A stretch of 64,000 nucleotides of DNA. It comes from Podarcis liolepis (taxonomy: Eukaryota). Where the stretch lies: assembly GCA_965112155.1 (NCBI GenBank), contig OZ218101.1. One strand, written 5' to 3'. Of this stretch, positions 38,701-53,700 are shown piece after piece. The notes below the pieces were generated by a model. It did no database searches and was not told where the DNA came from. It worked only from the letters and a program-made list of their open reading frames with translations. Both the position numbers and the translations under genes were made by a program. Positions within the stretch are counted from its first letter, which is position 1. Each line of letters opens with the position of its first letter.

Positions 38701-41700
38701 AGAAGCCTCCTTCAATTCCATGTCTCTGGTAGAGGCACCGATCAGTTCAAAGATATAAGCTATGGGGCTAGCATGCTTATATCCAGATTTCATATTACTG
38801 TATCTTAATAAAAACATAGCATTTACATTTTAAAATAAAAAATTGAATTATAAGACATTTATCCACTCTGGAAAGTGGGGAAATAAACTGAACAGATTAA
38901 GAGAAACAGGATGATGGAAAAATGGCAAAAACTGACTTTAGGTCCCTTCCAGTACCACAATTCTATGATTCTCCATTCTCACCCTCACTACACCAAATCT
39001 TTAAAAAAAATATTTAGGTTAGTGGTATTTAACAGTTAGCAGGCTTTAGTCAATTTGTGGCCAATTCTTGTTCTCTGTTATAAAGGAATACAGTCGTACC
39101 TTGGCTCCCGAACAGCTTTAGTATTCAGTTTGAATGTGAAAAATAAAGTGGCTGAAAGCCCAACTGGAGAGAACAATCTAGAATTTTAGTAATTAAGCAT
39201 TTGTAGCTAATCATGCCAGCAGCAGAGAAAAATAAGATGTTGTCATCTTAATCTAGTCTTTATAGCAGACATAACCTCCCCCGACACATAATCACACTCA
39301 CCTAAACTGTGTTTCATGATTTCAAGAGGAATTAGTTTTAATTAAGTACATTTTTTTTAAAATAACCCTATTTTATCTCTAACCCTGAAATGCTCTGTAT
39401 TGCATATACCTTGCCAAGTCCATAAAAACTAAAGCATCTCTGAGAGATACAGGCATGTCACTACTTATTTTGTTTGCTGGCGGTTTCATCAGATCAACAA
39501 TAAGCACACCATCCTCTTCTCTGAAGACTTTCATTAGAACAGCTTTGTTTTTTACCATTTTCAAAAATTCTGTCCTTGCTTTTCTGCTCCAACCTTCAGC
39601 CTATTGCAGGGGGAGAAAGAAGTTCAGAATCCTATCCACCTGCAGACTTTAGGATTTAAATACAGTATCAAGAACTACTAAATACCCAATATGTAACAAA
39701 ACTCAGGACTTAACCACACTGTTATGTACATTGCATGGCATCCAAACACATCAAGACTTTTAAAATAATAATTCAGACACCATACCACACCAATTAATTC
39801 TTTCCAAACTGAACTAGCAATGTTTACTCGTAACTATTCCTTGAATGGGTATTTTGTGCAATCACAAATAGGAATGATCTGTGTAGAAGACAGCTTGAAT
39901 CTTCTAAAACATGGGTAGGCAAACTAAGGCCCGGGGGCCGGATCCGGCCCAATCGCCTTCTAAATCCAGCCTGTAGACAGTCCGGGAATCAGCATGTTTT
40001 TACATGAGTAGAATGTGTCCTTTTATTTAAAATGCATCTTTGGGTTATTTGTGGGGCACAGGAATTCATTCATTTCCCCCTCTCCAAAATATAGTCTGGC
40101 CCCCCACAAGGTCTGAGGGACAGTGGACTGGCCCCCTGCTGAAAAGGTTTGCTGACCACTGTTCTAAAAAGTTAGGCACATTAGGTTATTATCTTTATTG
40201 AGTACAATGTAAGAATTACATCATTACGAAGGAAGGGAAAGCCATCTCAATCAGGAAAAATCAGAATATGAACATTCAATTGTTTCTTTAAAAAAAGATA
40301 TTATCTAACTTCTCTAAGAATGCAGAAGTCCAGACAATATAGTTCTTACTTACTGAATCTTTGGGAACAATGTCCTTCAGGGAGCACTGTAGTGCTAAAT
40401 GATTTATACCACTAAGTTGTGCCTCTATATGTATGTCAGGTTTCTTCACAACCAAGCAAAAGTCTTCAGTCACTATATATTCTAGAGTGATATGTTCTGG
40501 ATTAATGCCAAGGTTATTTGGTACGCTTGATGGCAGAAAGAGAAGATAACAAATATTATTTCTCAATATAAGCTTGGAATAAAATGCTTCAACATCAATA
40601 GGCAGATTTTTTAAGTCTAAAAAGTTTTCTGTTTAAGAGATGCTTTACTGGGAACAACTGAACTGTATTATTCAAAAGAGATCATAAAAAGCAAATCAGC
40701 AAAATATTTCCTATCTGCTCTAATTAAGATAGTTTTATAAGAAGTTGTTTTAGACCAGCTCCAACTATAATCTACTCTGACAACGGCAATTCAAAATAAA
40801 AAAATTCCTTCCAGTAGCACCTTAAAGACCAACTAAGTTAGTTCTTGGTATGAGCTTTCGTGTGCATGCACACTTCTTCAGATACACATGCACACGAAAG
40901 CTCATACCAAGAACTAACTTAGTTGGTCTTTAAGGTGCTACTGGAAGGAATTTTTTTATTTTGACTATGGCAGACCAACACGGCTACCTATCTGTAACGG
41001 CAATTCAGTTAAATGGATCAGATGATGGGACAGAGCTCTGTAATAACCCTTGAGATGTTCAGGAATTGAACCCGAGGTTTTCCAAGTGCAAAATAATCAA
41101 GCTGTTGGGTGGCTCATACAACTGATAACCCCTAGATTAAGACTACTGCAGTATGTTGTACGTGAAGTTAAAAACAATTTGGAAAAGTCAGAACCAAGGG
41201 AAGCCAATGAACTCATCCTGGAGTCATTGGGGTGGGGATGGGGATTTGCAATTTTCTCTCATTACACACCAATGTAGTTCTGCATACATGTCCCCTCAAC
41301 AAGCAGAAACCATGATATTATTTGTGCGTGGCAAACTGACAGGCATGGGACCACCCAATCTGGAATATGAACTGGGGCCTACGTGAAGAAGGCAGGAAAG
41401 GTCTATTTGTAAAATTCCCCTATACCTGGCTTTATGATGGTCTGGCCCTAGTTAAAATATTTTAATCAATAATTGGGTGGGGGAGGAAGAACTGGATTCT
41501 ATGCACAGACCCAGATTACATAATCCATCTACCATGAATGGATGTAGAAGAATCACATGTTCACGGAGGACCTACATGCAAAATTCACATCACCACATGC
41601 AGTTAAGAGATAGCTAGCTTGTGATTTTTTTTATATTTACTGTCTGAACACTATTTGAATCCCATCAGCAATTAACTGAGCAAATTATGCACTCTTATTG

Positions 41701-44700
41701 TTGCTCATTTCTACTTTATGAAGATTGTTTTTACAGCAGGTTGTCTTGAGATTCTCCTGCATAAGGCAATGAACAAATGAAATGGTAATGAGGCTTTAAA
41801 TCCACTCTCCTTTTCATCACTAGAAATTGGTGCACCTTATACATTGCCACTAGAAAGCAATATGGCAAAACCACCATGTGGCAAATAAAGGCAAAAAAGC
41901 ATACCTTGAAATAATCAAAGCTTCAATATGCCCAAAGTCCACAAGGAATATTTTCATCATTGCTATATCACAAATTTTGTACTTTGTTGGACCACGGGGC
42001 TTCAGCTCGTTTGACTTCTGCAACGGCATCAGTTCAATGATTTTTCCACGACACCATATTCCATGTTCCTTGCTTTTAACATAGATTCTTGAACCTGAAA
42101 TAAGTTTCAGTACACAATTTGTTGCAAAATATTCTCATTGAGAGGAACATTTGAGATTAGGCAGTCTATCACAGCAGCCATTTTTGGTGGTATCCTCAAG
42201 AGTCTGATTTCCAAATGAGTCCCTGGGTCCAAAATGACTGCAGACCTCTACTCTACAATATTAAAAGGTTACTTAGTAAACCCCCACAATATATATCCCC
42301 CTCACTGGAATAAAAAAAAACCCTGAAATTATATAAACATTATTATTAGACAAAAGATTTGAGAAGTGTTGTTACCTAGTTCCAAAATGTCACTAGGGTA
42401 GGACCTTTTATGATTGCAGAATTGCCTCAGAGTTTTTTCCAAACGAACAGCTGCTTTCTTCTGTGAAACTTTTCGAACGTAGAAGTGGCAAGGATTTAGA
42501 ACACTGCTGACAAAAACTAATTCTGGAGCATCTGTGTGGTACAGAGTGGGTAAGAAAGGTAATGTGAAGGAAGGTAAGGTGAAGGAAGATCACAGGGAAC
42601 ATTTATGCACACTACTGAAAAACAACATTTTGAGACAGTGCAAATTAATAAGTTTGTATTGTTACAGAAAGGGTGACATGCACATTCTGAAATGATTTGG
42701 TGCTCATTTCTGAAAAAGGATTTGAACATACCAATGAATGTGCAAACATGCCTTTAAAATATGCTTCTTCACTTAATCGATCAATACTTTATTAATGAAA
42801 TCAATTATGTAATAACTGATTTCATTAATATAGTATTGATTGATTGGTAGATCCCTTCCAGCTGCAGGCTATGTAAGAAAAACAATGCATCAAGAGCAGG
42901 TTGCTATGTACTTGTAAGAATATAGTTTTAAAAACAAAGGGAATTAGCCACACAACTCTGGCAACCGGTTGGAAAGTTCTACTCACTTTCTTGGTCATCT
43001 TCAATGATTTCTTCAATTATGACATCTGGAGTGGATGCTGTCTGAGGTAAAGCAGAAATGCATTTCTGAGTGAATGGAGGAGTCATTTCTTGGAGGTGGG
43101 TATAATTTCCTTCAAGACATGCATCAGATTCTGGCAGAAGAGCAACTGTGCCAATGTCTTCAACAAGCGGTTCAAGGTTTACACTCATATGAGATGGAAC
43201 ATCAGTTCTGAATTCCTCTTCCATATTGCTCAGTTTTAGAAGGCTGCCTTCAAAACTGCACCTAGGTTGACAAATTGTTCAGAAAACGTATCTTAAACAG
43301 TAGCCATCACTAACATGGAAGAGCAAACACTCGGTAGAAATAATAAAGTGCCTATAGGGTTTCAAGATGCACACATAACACCCATTAATATTTCAGATCC
43401 ATTAGGTTTGGAGAGGAGTACAAGACAGGGCTGCCCTTTCTCTATATTGATGTTGGAACTGTTGGCGTGTGCAGTCAGACAGAAAAGGGACATTTACAGT
43501 TTTGTTCATGAACCAGAAGAATTTAAACTAGTTTTGCATGTGGAGAGACATGAAACTACATCATCATAACCATCACTGAAATTAATGAAAAATAATTAAT
43601 AGTTTGGGTAGAATTTCAGGGTATACAATTACTGAATGAATCTGAATGAATGCTACTTTGTGTGCTGACTGCTCATTTTGTTGGTACTCAGAGGTTATTT
43701 GGATTCCGAGAGATATTTCTCATATGATTAAAATGAATTTAAATCAGATGAAAAAATGTGATTTCCAGTGATTTGGAAAGATAAGCATTGCTTATTAGGA
43801 TTCAGGGTTAAGTTAATACACCCAAGATAAATACTGTTCCACAGATATTAAAAATACTTTGTTCCCAAAGTGTATTTTCAATATATTAATGGGACATTTT
43901 CAAAGTTTTCTGCGGGATAACTCACCACCCTGCTTGTCACATAAGAGAATGCAGCTGCTTTCCCAGATATTAGGTTTTATCTTAAGATGTACTTGTTGGC
44001 ATGTGTAAGTTTCTATAGCCTGCTCCAGCTAGGATGTCTTTCCCACCATCACAGGGCTATCTACTACTAAATGACTAGTAAAAGATATCATTTTGATTGG
44101 CTGGATATTATTACTTACTGTTTTTTAGTTTTTTTAATGCATTGATATTACTTGCACACAATCTTAGAAAAACAGCATCCTAAAACATGGCGCATTATTA
44201 GTAAGCAAGTCCTAGGCTTTTAATTATTATTTTTGCACACTACATAGTAACTCAGCAATTTATAAGTATAATTCATGACTACAAAACTCCTAAGATTTTC
44301 CAATTATATCGAAACTATCAAAAATCCTATTCATTATCAGAACCTCAGAACTATTTGAGCATTACTCTCCAGTTTATTTCTGTATTGTTTCTAGGTAAAC
44401 TGCTTAGTTTCTACCCCAGCACATTTCCAAATAAAAAATATCCTGTGTTACTGAAGTACAAGATGAGGCACAATGATGAATGCTGAGAAAATTGATAAAC
44501 CTGCAGGTGCCATTTTTTTATATATAGGAAAATTAACACCACAACAGAAGTACTTACATGTTAGGTGTATCAGGGAAAAAATTCCCCAGGTTTTCTAACA
44601 TGGGGGTAATCTTTTCAGAGTCCATGTGAAACCTGTATTAAGTATACAGGAAGTTCAATCGTTTGCAACCACAATAATTCATTCAGGACAGCAATAATTA

Positions 44701-47700
44701 ACACCATAAATCTACTACATTCATAGAACAATTTTATGTTAATTCCTCAAGATCACAATCAGGTTTAAACTACAAAAACCCACAATCAGAATTACTCCCA
44801 AAAAACAAAAACACGAGATAACCACCACCATGTATGCCACAAGTAAATACAGCAATAAAAAGTGTTAACAGTAAAAACCATTTAAGAAACTCCTGCTCTA
44901 AAAGCCTTCCCGGTTGGCTTTTTAAAAATGTTTTAAAGCATCCAGTGAAATGCCAGAATTGCCAGTGTTGTGTGACTACCAAGCATATCTAATGAGTCCT
45001 ATTTTACAGATTAACTGACGCTACCGAGAATGACCTGCTCTGTGCATAAGTAGAACTTATTCCCTAAAAGGTGGAAAGCTGATGGGATCATCTCTCCAAG
45101 CTCTCAGAATCCAGGAGGGGGTATATAGGTGAAGGTTCTCTATAAGGCATGGTGGGTAACCTTTTTTTGGCTCAACCTCTGGGAGCTGCATGCCAGCAGT
45201 GGGTGTGGCCACCAGTGTATGTGCATGTGTGCGCATGCAGAGACACTCCCACTCAGTTAATCTATGCACGTCAACTAACATGGGAGGGTGAGCACCCATT
45301 TTCCAGTTATCAAGCCATCAATTTAAGGGCTGAGGAGGGGGCGATCTGCATGCTCACTGGGAGTTAATGAGAGTTGTAGTCCAAAACATTTCTATTGCAC
45401 CAGGCTGATAGATCCGCCATATAGCATGCTGAACTCCAGACCTCCTGCAAAGGGTCGAGTGAAGTATATGCAACTCTTAATTTTATTTATCAGTTCTACA
45501 AATTCCGTATGGGTTTTTTTAAAGGTGAAAAGACAGTTTTTTTAAAAGGTGCAGTAACTCTGCTATCCACACTAAGTAATTCTATGAATGTTTACCTTGG
45601 AAGTGCTCTTTTTTTCAGACGATCTAGTTTTAAGACATCTTCCTCCAAAGTCATTTTTAAGTTGCAGAGTACCTAGAATAAGAATACCCTAATTTAATTT
45701 ACAGTAAAATATAGCAACCAATGGGAGCTGAACGTGGTCTTGAATGCTGGAGAGCTACTGCTTGTGTGAAGTTAGTGATGTCCCATTTGATTTCAAAGGA
45801 AACAATTTCAAAAGAAACAACAAGTCCTGGCTAGTGCCCACATTGCTGCCCTAAAGATTTCAGAAAGGATGATTGTGGAAAGGCTGCAGAAGTAGCCGTT
45901 GCTCTGGTCAAGCATGACTTAGGAAAGGTGAAGGCAGATGCCAGGCCTAATATGCTATAGAGAAATAAGTCTTGAACTGGCTAGGATGAACCTTGAAACT
46001 ACAGTGGTACCTTGGTTTACAAACTTAATCCGTTCCTTTCACCCGTTCTTAAACCGAGGCACGCTTTCCCTAATGAGGCCTCCTGCCATCAGTGCCGTTT
46101 GTAGAACAAGGTAAAGTTCACAAACCAGAACACTACTTCCGGTTTTGTGGAGTTCATAAACCGAATTGTTCGTAAACAGGGCTGTTCATAAATCGAGGTA
46201 CCACTGTACTTCTTTGAGGATGTGGTGTAAAAGGGGGTGAATGCCTAAAATCTGTCTACAGTGGTACCTTGGGTTAAGAACTTAATTCATTCTGGAGGTC
46301 TGTTTGTAACCTGAAACTGTTCTTAACCTGAGGTACCACTTTAGCTAATGTGGCCTCTTGCAGTTGCCGCACAATTTCTGTTCTCATCCTGAAGCAAAGT
46401 TCTTAACCCGAGGTACTATTTCTGGGTTAGTGGAGTCTGTAACCTGAAAAGTATGTAACCTGAAGCGTATGTAATCCGAGGTACCACTGTATATGTATTT
46501 TAAGTGCTCTGTGCACATCCAGCTTCTGCCATGCCTTCTCAGAGGGATGGAAAGGGTTGGGACAAAAATGGTAAGCTCTTAAGATCTATGAAAATGTGCA
46601 GTGGCTTTAGGAATAAAGGAACCAAAAGAACCCTGAAAAACTAGCTGAGGCTTCAGACCTAAATCAAATGATCCTACCTTGAATGCTTCTATCACACTAA
46701 ACTACTGTGACTTTTCATCAAAAAGACAATGCTTTCTGTAAAAAAACAATTCAGTAAAAATAAAAACCAAGCCAAAGAGGAAAAATCTTCTCATGATAGC
46801 TCTGACATGAGAAATTAAAGACTAATGGAGAAAGTTCATTATTTCCACTTGCTTTAAAACATGTTGTTTTTGTTTTCAGTCAGCTATATGGAGACTTCAC
46901 TGGCTTGCAAGTTACCACAATAAGCAAATGAGTTCAATTCCTCTGCTTAATTGATAAAAAAAAGCTAATGTAAAATGTTGGCTACCAACAATGCTTGCAA
47001 ACTCTGCAGTAGCTGCACTGTTATCATCTGGTTGTTGAAAATTGTGGTTGTATTACTGAGAACTGCTTTGAAAAGATATGTTTCCTGAAAATAGGATATA
47101 AAACTTTCAAATAAATAAATACATACATACCCAGAAGGAAAGTTAAGGAATCAAATGATTTAATATTAAAGTTACCTGATTTAAAGTATGGCAAGGCTTT
47201 AAGGAATGGGTTGCTTTAATCTCCCTTGCCATTTTTATGGCTCCATCCAAACTGTTTATTTTCTGCATAACCGATAACTGAACACTATGTATATCAGTTA
47301 TATAGTAACTGGTGTTCATTATCAGTTCTGTCTCCAGTTTCCTTTTCCTAATTGAATGCAAAGAAAATCAGACCTCAGAAAAAGTTGATCACGTTACAAA
47401 TAGTAACTCTGAATAGTAAACTATACAAAACAAACATACAGTACTCATGTTAAAAATAAGGTTTTGGTGATGATGTTAAAATTACAAACTACAGAAAACG
47501 CCAGATTTATATTTACTCTGTGATAACCAACTAAGTTGGTGATAACCAACTAAGAAATACTCAAGAGTAGATCTACTACAATGAGTGCACTCAATGGATT
47601 TCTTGAGTATGATTAATGCTGGATAGCTATCACCTATTGTCCTCATAACAAGCAACTGACTGATACTGCATACATCACACAAAAATGCATCCTTAACAGC

Positions 47701-50700
47701 CAGCTCTTCATGCTGAACACATTCTAAAAGCTCAAGGGCAAAAGACATGCAAGCATCCATAGCACTCCAAACAACAACCAACTACTGTAGTAGAAATGAA
47801 ACTGCAAAGATCATAGGGAACAAAGAGAGGTGCAAGAGGAGGAAAATTAGAAGGTGGGTGTTTTGAAATATTCTTGTTTTGAATATGCAACTGCATTTTA
47901 ATTCATATGGGCATATAGCGAAGTATTGCACAAAAGGACAAATACAGCAAGGGCATAAATCTACCCTGAAACTTGATGGTCAGGTCTTTGCCGATAGCAA
48001 CTCCATGGTAGCGTAAACAATGGATCTGAGCTCACAGATTCCCTGTGTCCTTCCAGGACTCCTGCTACATATAGTCCCTCCCACGTCACAGAAGCAGGCA
48101 TTTTGCTAAACATTTTGCCACACAGAAATCTGCATTATTATAGTTATGTAATACTTTTCAGATAAATTATTAACATCAAAGTAAAAGCTTTAAACTAGGT
48201 TACCTTGAATTTACAGAAGCAATAATATCTGAAAACGTGTCATTAATAACACTTGCAATCTTGCTTTCTTCTTCTTTTGCTTCGGTGATCAAATCCTCAA
48301 GCATCTTTTTCATTTTAGGGGGGAAGTGACAAAACAACAAGCTGTAATTCTGTATGTGCTCTATAGCCAGCAGAACTAGATTTACAAATAATAAAAGCAG
48401 CATATAACTTTCAGGAACAACCTCCCCCCTTTTCTCTCACATGGTGGCAGTAGTTGAGAAGTAGTGATGTACAAGAATACAAGGTTGAGGTTCATATTTT
48501 ATAATGGCTACATGGATGATACATAACATATAAGGTCGAGCAAATAACTATTAGTACCCAATTGTTTAAAGGTACTCCAGCAACTTTTAGGTATTCCTTC
48601 ATCACTGGACAACACACAAAAACATCAGTTAATGGTGCACAATGCAGTAGAAATTATTAATGTTATGAAATGATTTCTATTCTGCCTTTGGATTCAGGAA
48701 TCAGCAAGGCTGCTCACAGTATTATATAAGTCACAATACAACTGGTAAAAAATGATCAGGACTACAGTACAGTCACAGTTAATACAATGATGAAGACAAG
48801 ATCTCTTTTCAGAACAGCCCTATATTGGAAGAGCAAAGAAGCAAGACAAACTTTCTTAGGGAGGAAGGTCCAAAGTTTGGTGCTACCTCTGAGAAAGTCC
48901 AATCCCAATTTTTTTTTTATGGCTAGTGCATCCGGGGCTTCAATGGAAGATGATGATGATATGCAGGTCTGTTCAAATGGGAAGACAGTACTCCCTTGTT
49001 TTTGTTTGTATTTTATATATTGTGATATTTCCTGTGAACCGCCCTAAGACCTCTGTGCATAGGGCAGTATATAAATTAAATAAGGTATTGCAGACCCAGA
49101 CAGTTTAAGGTAATGGTTGGGAAACTAAGGCCTGGGGGCTGAATATGGCCCCCATGCCCCTCTATCTGGCCCTTGGAACTATCCCATGAGCCCTGATTCT
49201 GCCTGGCTGGAATGTGCCCTTGCTTGTCTGAATGGAGGCTAGAGAAGGGTGTGTGAACGCTGTTGCACAAAAGTAAAATTTAATTCTTTTGCCTACTTTT
49301 GTTTCTGGTCCTACCCATCAGTATGCTGCCCAGAAGGGAAACACTGCATAGGATGGTTTTAACCTTTAAAACAAACACAAAACCCTCCAACACAGTGCAA
49401 TTGTTAAAGCAGCCTTCCTTATTTAACACCCTGGCAAGTGGCACTGTGCATCATGTTCCCAGCTTCCATCTATACATTGGTGTTTAAAGCCCTAAAATGA
49501 CTTAGGACCCAAATATCTTAAAGACCATCTCCATCCCTGCAGACTCTCTAGGTAGTTAGTTCTACCACCCACAGGAGTGCAGGAAATGAGGGCCTTTTAT
49601 CTATGGCAACCCATAAACTGGGAAACTTCCACCCCATAGAGGTGCATCAGACATCTTTGTTGCATAGCTATACTGAAGGCCCACCTCCCCCTGGCATTTG
49701 ACAATTAAGGTGTTTATTTTGTGGGGCCCAATCTCTTTTCCTGAATCTGTACTCTACTGATTGCAACCATTTTATTTGCATTAATAATTGTATACTATAC
49801 ATGTATACTATATTGTTGTAGCTGGCCCTGGAACCTTATGGTAAAGAGCAGGCAGAAAATATTAATACAGTGGTGCCTCGCAAGATGAAAAGAATCCGTT
49901 CTGTGATTCTCTTCGTCTAGCGGTTTTTCGTCTTGTGAAGCAAGCCCATTGACGGATTAGCGGATTAGCGCTATTAGCGGCTTTTAGCTGCTTATCTTCT
50001 GATCGGATCAGCTGATAAGCGGCTTAGAAAAAGGGGGGGAAGGAAAAAAACCAGCAGGAACTCGCAAGGCATTGTTGTCTTGCGAAGCAAGCCCATAGGA
50101 AATTCGTTTTGCGAAGCACCTCCAAAACGGAAAACCCTTTCGTCTTGCGGGTTTTCCGTCTTGCGAGGCATTCGTCTTACGGGGCACCACTGTACATAAT
50201 CGTAATTTAGAACTAATGTGGATGCTACAGTGGTGCCCCACAAGACGAATGCCTCGCAAGACGAAAAACTCGCTAGATGAAAGGGTTTTTCGGTTTTGCG
50301 TTGCTTCGCTAGACGAATTTCCCTATGGGCTTGCTTCGCAAGACAAAAACATCTTGCACTTTTTTTTAAAGCCGCTTGAAGAGGCGCAGTTGCGACAGAC
50401 CGTGCTTCGCAAGACGAAAAACATCGGAAGACGAAAAGTCTCGCAGAACGAATTATTTTCGTCTTGCGAGGCACCACTGTACTAGGGTATAAATTATTGT
50501 GGCTGCAGTCTTCTCTAGAAAAACGCAAAGCTGCTAAGCCCGTCTAAAATGGTAAAATACACTCTTCACAACAGTCTCTACCTGAACATCAAGATGCAGC
50601 CTGAAGCCCAAGACTACAATACAGAGTCCTATGCGTATATGAAACTCTGTTCCAATATATGCTGTATCTCTCTATCCTTCTTCAGACTAATTTTCAACAG

Positions 50701-53700
50701 TACGTCCATCCTGTCTGCATTAAGGTTCAATTTTATTCACCCTCATCCAGTCAATCGCAAATGCTGTCCCAGAATTTTCCCAGCCTCCCAATGATAGAGG
50801 AGACATAGAACAATCATCAGCATACTGTTGACATCGCATTCCAGATTTTTGGATGACCTCTGCAGTGGTTTCATACAGATACCTTAGGCTTGCCACTGCA
50901 AGCTCCAAACACCACCTTCTGAGTGCTACCCTTCAAAGGACCAGGACCAAATGCAGTACAATGCCTCCCCTCCCAGCTAGGAGATCCAGGAGGATGCTAT
51001 GATGGATGGGATCAAAAGCCAGTGAAAAGTCCAGGAGAGCCACAGGGACCCACTCTCATTGCTCATTTCAAAGCATTTTTAGTAATAATCCGAAGATCTC
51101 TGGGGGTTTCAGGGCAACCAATGAAGTTGTTTCAAAACCAGAAAGAAGCCAGGGTGAAGATCTAAAATAACTGGTATCCTCCAAAAACACCTGGAGCTGA
51201 GCTGACATTAAATTTTATAGCACCTTGCTGAAGTATTGTTAGAGAAAGAATTTCTGGGAAGAGACCTCAGTATAAACTAAAATCTGAAATACTTCAAGCC
51301 AAGACACAGAATTCTTTTGGCCTACCTCCTTCGCACTCTTTAACCACCCAAGATTGTTTTTAGCTACTTCCAAAGCTTTCTCTATCTCTTGTCGAATTTT
51401 GCTATTCTGGGGAAAATAAAAGGATAACAATAAAATTAGAAGAGAGAGCTGCTTTAAACAAAGGCCCTCATAGCACTGTAATTCAATTAATTTTGATTAT
51501 TATCTTTTTTTTTAATGCATGTGTATGTTGTTTTCAACAAGTAGCAGACAGGGTTTCTAAAAATAAAACCGGAGTATCTCAAAAGAGTAGAAATCAAGAA
51601 TCCATACCCTCAGGTTAATCATTTAATAATGTGGTATAGTCACTACAAGGTTATCTCTTTAACAGTTCATATTTCATTCTTCTTTAAAAAAAAAAAAAAA
51701 ACTAACACCCTGTAAGCTTTCCACACAATTGTTTTTTCATTCATGAATGCAGAGCTGTTAATCACTTCTTTCAAAAAATCCAGACATATTTCTGAAGAGA
51801 TGCCAAGACTATGAAACGCTCTCATCTAAGGCGGCTGTTTCATAGCCTTGGCATCTTTTCTTCAGGATTATTTTGCTCCTTTATCCATTTAATTCTTTGA
51901 AGGTTCTGCTCTCCTCTTCTCCACTGTTGGGAGTTGACATCTCAGTTCACTACAGCCAACCGACAATCACCAAACAACAAGTTAAAACAGGACACTGAAC
52001 TGCCCCAAATCTAGTGACGGTAATATAACTATTAAATGTAGGTGCTTTATTCTCAGGAGAATGAGAAATATTCTCAAGGTGACATATTTTAACCCAGAAC
52101 ACATTATGGAGTACAATGAGTTTGAATAATCATTGATCTCCACTTATGTAAATGGCTAAAAAAGACAATGCAATGTTTTCTAAAAATGCTACAACACATT
52201 TGGGGGGCAAGAATCAGAGAAGGCTGTCACACTGCAAAATAAATTCTTGCAGGTGTCACCAGTAGTGGCGAACATTAAATGGCCAAAACTGATGGAGAAA
52301 AATATCAGTATTCGGTCTCTTAATTCTCTAGCCCCCAGTGATTTCCAAAAAAGGCATCACTTTGTTGCTGTGCTTTTTACCAGCAGTCCAACAACACAGA
52401 AGTTTAGCAAATATTTCTTCAACTCATAAAATGTCATTGTCACTAGTCCAATTTAGTTACACTTAATTTGAAACACTTTACTAAGCAGACACAAAACCGA
52501 GTAAGATCGTTTACATACCATATCTGCTGTAGATGGTTCTGATCTTAGATAGTGAGCTGGAGTCCAGTCAGCAGAGTTAATCGGCTGATTGATGTTTTGA
52601 GTATTAAACCTAAAAATCAAATTGTTATATTACTTAATAAAAATAATACCTTCAATAACACATCTCTTCCGACTTCCAGGGGAGAAACACAGTGGATTGC
52701 ACTTCTTTTGTCAGAACGTTGCCGACAGATAAATTATGTGGCAATTGATGATAGCCAGAAATAAATCTTGGCTATTGAATTCAGTCTGGAAAAAAGTGTT
52801 TACAGGGGATTAACCGCTGGTGCTCTGAAAAAGCCGTTTTCTGCATCAAGAGAACAGGAAGCTGTCAGCTCCTGAGAACCCTGATGGGGTCAAGTGACTT
52901 TTAAGCATAGGAATCAGCATCTTGCCCCAAAGCCTTGTAAGAGCCCTGATGGGCATTGAATCCGCAAAAGTCTCCCTTAATCATTTCTAAGATTGTTATA
53001 ATTTATAACGGCCCTTTTTTCCTTTCTTTGCTTTTTGCTCCTTTTTTCTTCTCTTTCTTTTGTGTCCTTTGCTCTGGGCCATTATTGGTCCAAGGATTAC
53101 ACAAACATGAGAGTGGTGGGTGGATGGATGGACTCTGAGTGAGAGGCAGGGCAGGGCAGGGCAGGGCAGGGCAGGGAAGACCTCCCAGAGGGAGAGACTG
53201 GAGGAAAAAAGGAAAGCTCCTTGGTGAGAGGTGGGCAGGTTTACTACTTTCTGTGTGAGACAAGGGTTAAGAGCTACCTTTGAGGACACTATTTTCTTTT
53301 CTCTTTCTCTTTTTGTTTATAATTAGACTGGTTTATTTTATCTTACTGTATCATGAAAAAGCTTTAATAAAATCTTATTGGGGGAGGACACATGCTCTTC
53401 TGAAATATTCTTTTTTGTTGCTAATTTTAATAAGCTATAAATGTTTTTAATTGTTTTAAACTTTTCTTATAATTTTGTTTCTTGTAAAATTAAGAGTTTT
53501 GCTGCAATGAAGTAAATAAATTTTGTAAAATAACTAATAACCTTTTACTGTCGCCTCAAACTTTTTTTCTTTTTAAACAAGACCAAGCTATTTACCCTCA
53601 CATTTTTAGAGATAGAACATAGAATTACAATCCTGATGAAAGCCTAAAAAGGTAAAATGGGTTGATTGGAATTTTATAGGGAGTCAAGAAAAAACGAATG

